This document shows positions 19,640-28,676 of a stretch of 55,048 bases of DNA, piece after piece (within the stretch, counting starts at the first letter, position 1; each line of letters starts with the position of its first letter). A program made the position numbers and the translations under genes. The notes beneath the pieces were generated by a model. That model saw only the letters and a program-made list of their open reading frames with translations, made no database searches and was not told the origin of the DNA. The DNA lies in the NCBI GenBank assembly GCA_051876075.1, contig JBJEHM010000059.1, forward strand, positions 1 through 55,048. The letters are read 5' to 3'. This stretch comes from Coriobacteriales bacterium. GTDB taxonomy: Bacteria > Actinomycetota > Coriobacteriia > Coriobacteriales > QAMH01.

Positions 19640-21004
19640 GTGGAGAGGGATCCCAAAAAGCTCGTCGGCGTGGGCGTCATGCTCGTTTCCTACGTCGTCT
19701 TCAGCGTGGTCGCCATCTACAGCGTCTTCTTCTCGAATGGGGCGGAGTCACCTGCAGTGGGCGTTGTCGCCATCATCGGCATGGCGATCATGAGCTTGGT
19801 GGCCCTTGTGGTCTCTGGCCAGGACATCCACGTGAGGGCCAACACCAACAACCGCACCCTGAGCCTGGCAAGCCAGACAGTCACCTTCATGAGGCAGGGC
19901 CTGAACCAGGACTCCGCCCAGGCCGTCTGCGACCTGCTCCTCACCGCGGTCACCGCCTGCAGCGTCGCTATCACAGACCGCAACGTGATCCTGGGTTTTT
20001 CCGGCGTTGACCGCAAGAACCACGAGCAGGGGACTCCCATCCAGACGCTCGTCACGGTCGAGACCCTCGAAGACGGCCAGACCCGCGTGGTGGAGACGGC
20101 CAACGCCCTGGGCTTCAAGGGCGACGGCGCCAAGATCAAGGGGGCGATCATCGTTCCGCTGGTGGTGAGGGAGAACATCGTCGGCACCCTCAAGTTCTAC
20201 TACACCTCCGCGGCGCGCATGGACGAAGACCAGCTCGCCATGGCCGAGGGCTTTGCCCAGCTGCTCTCCACCCAGCTCTCGCTCAGCTATCTCGAGCAGC
20301 AGGCAGAGCTTGCCGCGCGCATGGAGCTCAAGGCCCTCCAGGCGCAGATTAACCCCCACTTCCTCTTCAATACCATCAACACCATCGCCAGCTATACGCG
20401 CACCGATCCCACCAAGGCGCGCACCATGCTGAGGGAGTTCGCGGTCTACTACCGCCGCTTGCTCGAGAACAGCGAGGACCTGATCCCCCTCAACAGCGAG
20501 ATCGAGCAAACGGAGCGCTACCTCATGTTCCAGCGCGCCCGCTTTGGGGACGATTCGGTGATCATGGAGATCAACGACGAAGACGAGCTCGGCGAGCTGC
20601 GCGTGCCCGCCTTCATCCTCCAGCCCCTCGTCGAAAACGCCGTGGGGCACGGCCGCCGTCCAGATGGCAGCACGCTGCATATCGTCATCACCGTGCAGCG
20701 CCAGGGTGATGACGCCGTCATCAGCGTTGCGGACGACGGGGTGGGCATTGCCCCAGAGCGCCTGGCGACGGTCATCGACGGCGGCTCCAAGACCGGTATG
20801 GGTATCGCGCTCAAGAACGTCAACGCGCGCCTCAAAGGCTACTTCGGCAGCTTGAGTGGCCTGACGATCCAGAGCGTCGAAGGCGAGGGGACCACTGCGG
20901 TCCTCAGGCTCTGCGATGCGCTCCTCAAAGACGACGGCGATGATGAAGAACTCACGGTCGACAGCCTCGGATCGCTGCTCGGGCAGGGAGGAAGCGCACA
21001 GTAG
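19640..21004 (+). CDS. LytS/YehU-family sensor histidine kinase
   Basis: Two N-terminal TM segments, VAITDR GAF-like region, LKALQAQINPHFLFNTIN, LQPLVENA, DDGVG, GIALKNV. Confidence 0.9.
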   Translation: MERDPKKLVGVGVMLVSYVVFSVVAIYSVFFSNGAESPAVGVVAIIGMAIMSLVALVVSGQDIHVRANTNNRTLSLASQTVTFMRQGLNQDSAQAVCDLLLTAVTACSVAITDRNVILGFSGVDRKNHEQGTPIQTLVTVETLEDGQTRVVETANALGFKGDGAKIKGAIIVPLVVRENIVGTLKFYYTSAARMDEDQLAMAEGFAQLLSTQLSLSYLEQQAELAARMELKALQAQINPHFLFNTINTIASYTRTDPTKARTMLREFAVYYRRLLENSEDLIPLNSEIEQTERYLMFQRARFGDDSVIMEINDEDELGELRVPAFILQPLVENAVGHGRRPDGSTLHIVITVQRQGDDAVISVADDGVGIAPERLATVIDGGSKTGMGIALKNVNARLKGYFGSLSGLTIQSVEGEGTTAVLRLCDALLKDDGDDEELTVDSLGSLLGQGGSAQ

Positions 21005-21183
21005 GAAACGTGCCCAGCGGACTGGCTGAGGGCGGTGCCGGGCCTCTGGGCGCCCCCGCATTGTCTGGGGAGGCGTTGCTATTTCGTTTCTTCTAATCGG
21101 CATTCAAGCGACACCTGCGCCAGAAAGAGCCCGAGCTGGTGTTATCATCGAGTGTACGTGTGGAAGAACGAATGGAGGCGAAC

Positions 21184-21897
21184 ATGCTGCGCGCGATCAT
21201 CGTCGACGACGAGGCTCCGGCCCGCTCCGAGCTCAGGTTCCTGCTGGACGAGACCGGCAAGGTCGAGGTTGTGGCAGAAGCTGCAAATGTTCGCGAGGCC
21301 ATCGAGAAGCTCAAGGACCTCGGTGCGGACATCATGTTCCTTGACGTGAACATGCCCGGCACAGACGGTCTCCAGCTTGCAGAGGCCCTCACCCATCTCA
21401 AGTACCCGCCCTATGTCATCTTTGTCACTGCGTACAGCGAGCATGCCGTCAAGGCCTTTGACGTCAACGCCACAGACTACCTGGTCAAGCCTGTCGAGAC
21501 AGATCGCCTCAACCAGGCCATCGCAAAGGTCATCCAGCACATCGGCGGCCAGGGCCATGGCAGCACGGGGGAGCGCATCCCCGTGGAGAAGGGCGGCAAG
21601 AAGCTCCTCATCCCCACAGACAAGATCCACTTCATCATGGCGAAGGATGACTACTCCTACCTCCACACAGACACAGACCGCTACCTCTCGACGGTGAGCT
21701 TGGCCCAGCTCGAGGCAAAGCTCGAGCCCCTGGGGTTCTTCCGCGTGCATCGCCGCTACCTGGTCAACCTCTCGTGCATCCGCGAGGTCGATCCCGTTTC
21801 TGGCGGCACCCTCCTCCTTACCCTGCAGGGGGAAGAAGAGCAGATTCCCGTGTCTCGCCGTCGCGTCGCCTCGCTCAAGAAGGCACTGGGGCTGTAA
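21184..21897 (+). CDS. LytTR-family response regulator
   Basis: IVDDE, FLDVNMP, FVTAY, DYLVKP receiver; FFRVHRRYLVN, IPVSRR LytTR domain; GGAGG RBS. Confidence 0.92.
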   Translation: MLRAIIVDDEAPARSELRFLLDETGKVEVVAEAANVREAIEKLKDLGADIMFLDVNMPGTDGLQLAEALTHLKYPPYVIFVTAYSEHAVKAFDVNATDYLVKPVETDRLNQAIAKVIQHIGGQGHGSTGERIPVEKGGKKLLIPTDKIHFIMAKDDYSYLHTDTDRYLSTVSLAQLEAKLEPLGFFRVHRRYLVNLSCIREVDPVSGGTLLLTLQGEEEQIPVSRRRVASLKKALGL

Positions 21898-22072
21898 AGG
21901 AGCGCATGAACCGTATCTGCCCGCGGGGGCGGCTGGCTTGGGCTGGCCGCCCCCGCCGCTGTTTGGAGCGGGGGCGGCGCTGCCCGCGTCTGCGCAAGCA
22001 CCGCGAAATATGCTTGAAACCTTTGACTAGTACCGTGATGCCGTACAGCCCCTGCTAGACAAAGGAACCGCC

Positions 22073-23689
22073 TTGGACGCCGCCATCCAGCCCGACCTGC
22101 CCACCTGCGCTTGGAACAACCTGCTCGATGACGAGCACGACCGGCCCGAGGAGGAGTGCGCGGTGTTCGGCATCTACGCCCCGGGCAAGGACGTGGGGCG
22201 CATGACCTACTTTGGCCTGCAGGCCCTGCAGCACCGCGGCCAGGAGAGCGCGGGCATTGCTGTGGGCGACCACCATGCCGTCACCATCAACAAGGACCTG
22301 GGGCTTGTGACCCAGGTGTTCAAGGAAAGCGACTTCGCGGCGCTCACCGGCCATGTGGCGATAGGCCACGCGCGCTATTCGACCAGCGGCGGATCCGGCA
22401 GCTGGGAGGCTGCCCAGCCCCATCTCTCTGCCATCAACGACGAGATCATCGCCCTGGCCCACAACGGCACCCTGGTCAACACCGGGCACCTGCGCGTGGA
22501 ACTCATCGAGCGGGGCATCGAGTTCCGCAGCGCCACAGACAGCGAGGTCGCGGCAAAGCTCATCGGCTACTTCACGCAGGAGAGCCACCACATGCGCGAG
22601 GGCATACGCCGCACCATGGAGCTGATCGAGGGCGCGTACGCGATGGTGCTCATCACCCGCGACTGCCTCTATGCCTTCCGCGACCCCAACGGGATCCGCC
22701 CGCTGGTGCTGGGCAGGCTCGCAGACGAAAGCGGCTATGTGGTTGCCAGCGAGACCTGCGCGCTCGACATCGTGGGCGCCCGCTATGTGCGCGACATCGC
22801 GCCCGGTGAGGTGCTCCGCATCAGCGACGACGGTCTCTCCAGCGAGCAGGCCGTCCCCCCGCGGGTCAAGGCGAACTGCATATTCGAGCACGTGTACTTT
22901 GCCCGGCCAGACAGCGTGATGGACGGCTCGACCGTGTACCAGTCGCGTGTGTGGATGGGGCGCAGGCTCGCCCAGGAGGCCCCGTCAGATGCCGACATCT
23001 GCATCGGCGTCCCCGACAGCGGCATCCCCGGGGCGATCGGCTACTCGCGCGAGAGCGGCATCCCCTACAGCGAGGGCATCGTCAAGAACCGCTACGTGGG
23101 CAGGACTTTCATCCAGCCCACGCAGGAGCTGCGCAACATGGGCATCCGCCTCAAGCTCAACCCCATGCCCGCCTCCATCGCCGGGCGCAAGGTGGTGGTC
23201 ATCGATGACAGCATCGTGCGCGGCAACACCTCCAAGCAGCTGGTGCAGATGCTGCGCGACGCCGGTGCCACAGAAGTGCACATGCGCATCGTGAGCCCCG
23301 AGGTCAAGTGGCCGTGCTTCTACGGCATCGACACAGACCGCCAGCAGCAGCTCATCTCCGCCAACAAGAGCGTCGACGAGATCTGCGCGTTCATCGGGGC
23401 GGACAGTCTCGCCTTCCTGAGCCTCGAGGGCCTCATCGAGTCTGTGGGTATGAAGGGGGCCGAAGGCGGCGCCGTTCTCAACCCCGGCACGCGCGGCATA
23501 CCCGTCAACACCTGGCAGCAGGACGACTACAGCGATGCCGGCTTCTGCACCGCCTGCTTCAACGGCGTCTATCCGGTGAAGATCCCCGAGTCTATGTGGG
23601 AGGGCAACTTCCTGGATGTCAGCCAGGGCCCTGCGCGCAACGGCGTCGGCCGCCGGTGTGGAGGCCACAAATCCCTTGGGGAGTCTTGA
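22073..23689 (+). CDS. purF: Amidophosphoribosyltransferase
   Basis: Propeptide then EECAVFG, LQHRGQE, GHARYST, HNG, FEHVYFARPDS, DDSIVRG, FCTACF; TTG start. Confidence 0.95.
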   Translation: MDAAIQPDLPTCAWNNLLDDEHDRPEEECAVFGIYAPGKDVGRMTYFGLQALQHRGQESAGIAVGDHHAVTINKDLGLVTQVFKESDFAALTGHVAIGHARYSTSGGSGSWEAAQPHLSAINDEIIALAHNGTLVNTGHLRVELIERGIEFRSATDSEVAAKLIGYFTQESHHMREGIRRTMELIEGAYAMVLITRDCLYAFRDPNGIRPLVLGRLADESGYVVASETCALDIVGARYVRDIAPGEVLRISDDGLSSEQAVPPRVKANCIFEHVYFARPDSVMDGSTVYQSRVWMGRRLAQEAPSDADICIGVPDSGIPGAIGYSRESGIPYSEGIVKNRYVGRTFIQPTQELRNMGIRLKLNPMPASIAGRKVVVIDDSIVRGNTSKQLVQMLRDAGATEVHMRIVSPEVKWPCFYGIDTDRQQQLISANKSVDEICAFIGADSLAFLSLEGLIESVGMKGAEGGAVLNPGTRGIPVNTWQQDDYSDAGFCTACFNGVYPVKIPESMWEGNFLDVSQGPARNGVGRRCGGHKSLGES

Positions 23690-23793
23690 GTTCAGCTCTC
23701 GTCACAAGCGGCGTGCTAACGGGCATAATGTCAGACAGCGCTTTTTTGACGAGGAGCGGGCCTGTTGCGCCCGTTTGAACGAGAGGAGCAGAC

Positions 23794-24843
23794 ATGGCCG
23801 ACGAGCAGATTACGTACAAGGACGCCGGCGTCGACATCGATGAGGGCGCGCGAGCCGTTCAGGCCATACGCGGCGCCGTCCAGAGCACCTACCGTCCCGA
23901 GGTCGTCGGCGACATCGGAGGCTTTGGCGGCCTCTTCAGCGCGGCTGCCTTCAAGGACATGGAAGACCCCATCATGGTCTCTGGCACAGACGGCGTAGGC
24001 ACCAAGCTGCAGCTCGCCCAGATGATCGGCAGGCATGACAGCTGCGGTATCGACCTGGTTGCCATGTGCGTCAACGACGTCCTCGCCTGCGGTGCCGAGC
24101 CTCTCTTCTTCCTGGACTACGTGGCCATCGGCAAGCTCAAGGCAGAGCAGATGGCCCAGATCGTGGGCGGCATCGCAGAGGGCTGCAAGCAGGCCAACTG
24201 CTCGCTCATCGGCGGTGAGATCGCCGAGCACCCCGGTGTCATGCCCGCAGACGACTACGACCTCTCGGGCTTCTGCGTTGGCGTCGTCGACCGCCCCAAG
24301 ATGATCGGCCCCGAGCTGGTCGAGGAAGGCGACGTGATTTTGGGCCTCGCCTCCACTGGCATCCACTCCAACGGCTTTTCCCTGGTGCGCCGCGCTGTTA
24401 CAGAGCGCATGAGCCTCGACGAGCTCACCGCCCCTTGCAGCAAGCTCGGCGGTAGCTCCGTCATGGACGCCCTGCTCGCTCCCACCCGCATCTACGTGAA
24501 GAGCATCGTCAACCTCCTCAAGAAGGGGCTGCCCGTTCACGCCGTTGCCCACATCACCGGCGGCGGCATCACGGAAAACCTCGACCGCGCGCTGCCCAAG
24601 ACGCTCGACGCGCAAGTTGAGCTGGGCAGCTGGCCGGTGCTCCCCATCATCCAGTACGTCATCGATGCCGCCGGCCTCGACCAAGAGCAGGCGCTCAAGA
24701 CCTTCAACATGGGCATCGGCATGTGCGTTATCTGCAAGCCGCAGGATGCAGCTGCCATCCAGGCCGAGCTCGAGGCAACGGGCGAGCAGGTCTACACCGT
24801 CGGCACGGTCATCGCTGGCGAGGGAAAGGTCGTGTACAAGTAA
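23794..24843 (+). CDS. purM: Phosphoribosylformylglycinamidine cyclo-ligase
   Basis: YKDAGVDI, GTDGVGTK, GIDLVAMCVND, FFLDY, HSNG, HITGGG, TFNMGIG. Confidence 0.97.
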   Translation: MADEQITYKDAGVDIDEGARAVQAIRGAVQSTYRPEVVGDIGGFGGLFSAAAFKDMEDPIMVSGTDGVGTKLQLAQMIGRHDSCGIDLVAMCVNDVLACGAEPLFFLDYVAIGKLKAEQMAQIVGGIAEGCKQANCSLIGGEIAEHPGVMPADDYDLSGFCVGVVDRPKMIGPELVEEGDVILGLASTGIHSNGFSLVRRAVTERMSLDELTAPCSKLGGSSVMDALLAPTRIYVKSIVNLLKKGLPVHAVAHITGGGITENLDRALPKTLDAQVELGSWPVLPIIQYVIDAAGLDQEQALKTFNMGIGMCVICKPQDAAAIQAELEATGEQVYTVGTVIAGEGKVVYK

Positions 24844-25466
24844 TGCGCGACCTCAACACACCCCTCAACATCGCAGTGCTCATCTCTGGCACCGGGTCCA
24901 ACATGGTCGCTATCGCAGAGGCCATCCAAGCAGGAGGGCTCAACGCCAAGATCTCGTACGTGGTGGCCAGCAACCCGCGCGCCAAGGGCATCGCCAAGGC
25001 GCAGGAGATGGGCCTGGACACCATGGTCTTCACTCCGGAGGACTATGCCAAGAGCACCGCGGAGGTCGAGCGCGCCATGGTGCGCGCCTTCCGCAATGCG
25101 GGCGTTGACTACGTGATCATGGCGGGCTATATGCGCAAGTGCACGGGCACGCTGCTGCTGGCCTACCCCAACCGCGTCGTCAACCTCCATCCGGCCCTGC
25201 TGCCCAAGCACAAGGGCGCCCATGCCATCCAGGATGCCTTCGAGGCGGGCGACGAGGTCACCGGCATCACCATCCACCTGGCCAACATGGAATACGACGA
25301 GGGCCCCATCATCTACCAGCGCGAGGTCCCCGTCCTCGAAGGCGACAGCCTCGAGGACCTCGAGACCCGCATTCACGCCGCGGAGCACGAGGCCTACCCC
25401 TGGGTCATCCAAAAGCTTGCCCAAGACAAGGTCCACCTCTACGGCGACCACTGCGTCATCGACTAG
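24843..25466 (+). CDS. purN: Phosphoribosylglycinamide formyltransferase
   Basis: LISGTGSN, AGYMR, NLHPALLP, D.GPII, EH..YP. Confidence 0.95.
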   Translation: MRDLNTPLNIAVLISGTGSNMVAIAEAIQAGGLNAKISYVVASNPRAKGIAKAQEMGLDTMVFTPEDYAKSTAEVERAMVRAFRNAGVDYVIMAGYMRKCTGTLLLAYPNRVVNLHPALLPKHKGAHAIQDAFEAGDEVTGITIHLANMEYDEGPIIYQREVPVLEGDSLEDLETRIHAAEHEAYPWVIQKLAQDKVHLYGDHCVID

Positions 25467-25542
25467 GCGGGGCCATACGGGTAAAGCCGAACCCAGCCAG
25501 TGTGAAACTGACAGCGCACGACTACGAGGAGATGCACCACCA

Positions 25543-26727
25543 ATGCTCAACGAGAGAATGATCGGTCTTGGAAGCGCGCCCAACGCGATCCGCAGCCTCT
25601 TTGCCTACGGTCTCAAGCGCAAGGCCGAGATAGGTGAGGACAAGGTCTTCGACTACTCCATCGGCAACCCCAGCGTCCCTGCTCCCCCTCAGGTGGCGGA
25701 GTGCATCAAGCGCATGATGGACGAGGACCCCGTCGCCCTGCACAGCTACACGCCCAGCCCCGGCTCCCTCGAGGCGCGCCAAGCCGTCGCAGACCACATC
25801 AGGCGCAACTTTGGCGTAGAGGCCGACCCTGCCCAGGTGTATCTCACCCACGGTGCCGCCGCAGCGCTCGCCATCTGTCTTTCGGCTGTGTGCTGCCCCG
25901 GCGACGAGGTCATTGTGCCCACGCCCTACTTCACGGAGTACAAGACCTGGATCGAGCAAGCTGGTGCGGCGATCATCGAGGTCCCCTGCCAGGTGCCGAG
26001 CTTCCAGCTCGACGTCGATGCCATCGAGGCTGCCATCACCCCCAGGACCTCTGCGATCATCGTCGACAGCCCCAACAACCCCGTCGGCGCCATCTACAGC
26101 CGCGAGAACCTCGAGGCGCTCGCTGCCACGCTCTTGCGTAAGGAAGCCGAGTACGGAACCAAGATCTACCTCATCGCAGACGAGCCCTACCGCGCCATCA
26201 CCTACGGGGACGAGGTTCCCTACATTCCCTGCATCTACCCGCGCACCCTGGTCTGCTACAGCTTCTCCAAGACATTGAGCCTGCCGGGCGAGCGCCTGGG
26301 CTACATCTATGTCTCGAACCTCATGGACAACGTCCAGGAGACCACCTACGCTGTGCAAGGCGCGGGCCGCTCCCTGGGATACATCTGCTGCAGCGCCCTG
26401 TTCCAGCGCGTGCTCATCGAGTGCATCGACCTCCCCAGCGATGTGGAGGCCTACCGCATCAACCGCCAGGTGCTCACAGAGGGCCTCTCCAAGATCGGCT
26501 ACGAGTTCGTCGAGCCGCAAGGCGCCTTCTACCTGTGGGTCAAGGCCCTCGAAGACGACGACGCCGCCTTTGCAGAGCGCGCCAAGCAGCACGAGCTGCT
26601 CGTCTGCCCCAGCAGCGGCTTTGGCGGCAAGGGGTACGTGCGTATGAGCTACTGCATCGCACGTGAGACCATCGAGAACTCCATGCCCGCCCTGCAGGCG
26701 CTGTGGGACAGCTACCACCAGGCTTAA
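25543..26727 (+). CDS. Pyridoxal phosphate-dependent aminotransferase (aspartate aminotransferase-like)
   Basis: DYSIGNP, SPNNPVG, DEPY, SFSKTLSLPGERLG, PQGAFY. Confidence 0.9.
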   Translation: MLNERMIGLGSAPNAIRSLFAYGLKRKAEIGEDKVFDYSIGNPSVPAPPQVAECIKRMMDEDPVALHSYTPSPGSLEARQAVADHIRRNFGVEADPAQVYLTHGAAAALAICLSAVCCPGDEVIVPTPYFTEYKTWIEQAGAAIIEVPCQVPSFQLDVDAIEAAITPRTSAIIVDSPNNPVGAIYSRENLEALAATLLRKEAEYGTKIYLIADEPYRAITYGDEVPYIPCIYPRTLVCYSFSKTLSLPGERLGYIYVSNLMDNVQETTYAVQGAGRSLGYICCSALFQRVLIECIDLPSDVEAYRINRQVLTEGLSKIGYEFVEPQGAFYLWVKALEDDDAAFAERAKQHELLVCPSSGFGGKGYVRMSYCIARETIENSMPALQALWDSYHQA

Positions 26728-26894
26728 GGGGCTTTGCGCTCGTCAACGGGCGCTTGACAACTTGGTGACCTCCTTCGTCTCTGGCCGCGCGGCTCTGCCG
26801 GTGGCTTCATCATGGGGGGAGCCTTCGAGCAAATCGTGAAGTTTTGAGAGGCTGCCGGCATGCTGGCGGCCTCTCTGTGTGATGGGAGCTGCCC

Positions 26895-28676
26895 ATGCGC
26901 GTGATGAGATACCTGCTACAGTACAAGGGCGCCCTGGTGGCGGTCTTCGCACTGCTGCTCCTCATGGCCTTCTGCGAGCTCTCTCTGCCGCGCTACACGG
27001 CTGCGATCGTCGACAACGTCGTTGCCATGGCCGCCGTGGGGCAGTCGGGCGACTCCCTGGCAGAGCTCATGCGCCTTGGCGCCTTCATGCTGCTCTTCGC
27101 CCTGGGGCTCGTTGCCTGCAGCGTTGCGATCGGGCTCATCGCCAGCGTGACCGGAGCGCGCATCGCACGCGACCTGCGCCAGCAGCTCTACGAGAAGGTC
27201 ATGGCCTTCTCTCCGGCGGAGGTCGAGGGCTTCTCCGCTGCGTCCCTCATCACCCGCAGCACCAACGACGTGCAGCAGATGCAGATGGTTGCCGTCATGC
27301 TCTTGAGGGTGGTGCTCTACGCCCCCATCCTGGCGGTGGGCGGCATCTTCATGGTGGTGCAGACCAACGCCTCCATGGGCTGGGTCATCGCCTTGGCCGT
27401 TGTCGCCGTCTTCGTGGTGGTGATCGCGCTGCTTGCCCTCACCATGCCCAAGTTCAAGATCATGCAGTCGCTGGTGGACAGGCTCAACCTCGTCTCGAGG
27501 GAGATTCTCACCGGCATCTCTGTGATCAGGGCCTTTGGCAGGCAGGGGCGCGAGCAGGAGCGCTTTGAGGAGGCCAACCGCGATCTGATGGAGACCCAGC
27601 TCTTCACCATGCGTGCGATGCTTTCGATGATGCCCGCGCTCTCGCTCATCATGAACCTCGTATCCGTGGGGATCGTGTGGGTGGGCGGGCACTACATCGC
27701 TCAGGGCAGCATGCAGACTGGCGACCTCATCGCTTTCATCACCTATGCGATGGTCATCATCATGAGCTTCCTCATGATCGGCATGGTCTCTGTGATGCTC
27801 CCGCGAGCAGAGGTCGCGGCAGGGCGCATAGAAGAGGTCCTCAACACCCCGTTCTCTGTGAGCGACCCCGCTAACCCCAGAGATGCCGAGCTCGAGGAGC
27901 TCGCCGCGTGCAGCGACGGCATCGAGCTCGCCTTTGACGATGTGAGCTTCTCGTACAGCCCGGACAGCGACCCGGTGCTCGACCATGTGAGCTTCACGGC
28001 CCCGGCGGGAATGACCACAGCCGTCATAGGCAGCACAGGCTCTGGGAAGTCGACGGTTATCAAGCTGCTCGAGCGCTTCTACGACGTGCAAGGCGGTGCG
28101 GTGACCGTGGGCGGCATCGATGTGCGGGAGCTGAGCCAGGGCTGCCTGCGGAGCGTTCTAGGGTACAGCCCCCAGCAGGCATTTCTCTTCTCTGGGACCG
28201 TTGAGTCCAACGTGGGGTATGCGGATCCGCAGATGCCTCGCCAGCGTGTGGACGCCGCTGTCGACGTCGCCCAGGCGCGCGAGTTCGTCGAGCAGCGCGA
28301 GGAGGGCATGCAGGCGGCCGTCTCCCAAGGCGGCACCAACGTCTCTGGCGGCCAGAGGCAGCGCCTCTCCATCGCACGTGCCCTTGCGGCAGATGCCAGG
28401 GCCTACCTCTTCGACGACAGCTTCTCTGCGCTCGACTACAGCACAGACGCAAAGCTCAGGGAGGGGCTCTCCCGGCAGATGAGGGGGAAGACCCTCCTCA
28501 TCGTGGCGCAGCGCATCGCAACCATCATGCACGCGGACCGCATCGTCGTGCTCGAGGACGGTCGCGTGGTGGGCACGGGGACCCACGGGGAGCTCATGGA
28601 GCGCTGCCCCGCCTACCGTCAGATCGCGCTGAGCCAGCTGAGCCCAGCCGAGCTGGAGAAGGGAGGTGCGCGATGA
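26895..28676 (+). CDS. ABC exporter permease/ATP-binding subunit (degenerate-site subunit, TM287-like)
   Basis: TM domain with SLITRSTND; GSTGSGKS, VSGGQRQR, non-canonical DDSFSALD and AQR. Confidence 0.92.
   Translation: MRVMRYLLQYKGALVAVFALLLLMAFCELSLPRYTAAIVDNVVAMAAVGQSGDSLAELMRLGAFMLLFALGLVACSVAIGLIASVTGARIARDLRQQLYEKVMAFSPAEVEGFSAASLITRSTNDVQQMQMVAVMLLRVVLYAPILAVGGIFMVVQTNASMGWVIALAVVAVFVVVIALLALTMPKFKIMQSLVDRLNLVSREILTGISVIRAFGRQGREQERFEEANRDLMETQLFTMRAMLSMMPALSLIMNLVSVGIVWVGGHYIAQGSMQTGDLIAFITYAMVIIMSFLMIGMVSVMLPRAEVAAGRIEEVLNTPFSVSDPANPRDAELEELAACSDGIELAFDDVSFSYSPDSDPVLDHVSFTAPAGMTTAVIGSTGSGKSTVIKLLERFYDVQGGAVTVGGIDVRELSQGCLRSVLGYSPQQAFLFSGTVESNVGYADPQMPRQRVDAAVDVAQAREFVEQREEGMQAAVSQGGTNVSGGQRQRLSIARALAADARAYLFDDSFSALDYSTDAKLREGLSRQMRGKTLLIVAQRIATIMHADRIVVLEDGRVVGTGTHGELMERCPAYRQIALSQLSPAELEKGGAR

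Noticed and set aside
21898-22072. Possible ZTP, PRPP or purine riboswitch before purF (also checked purA, purM and xpt leaders)
   Set aside because: No conserved aptamer motifs recognised; the GC hairpins at about 21923-21980 fit a terminator for the LytTR gene.
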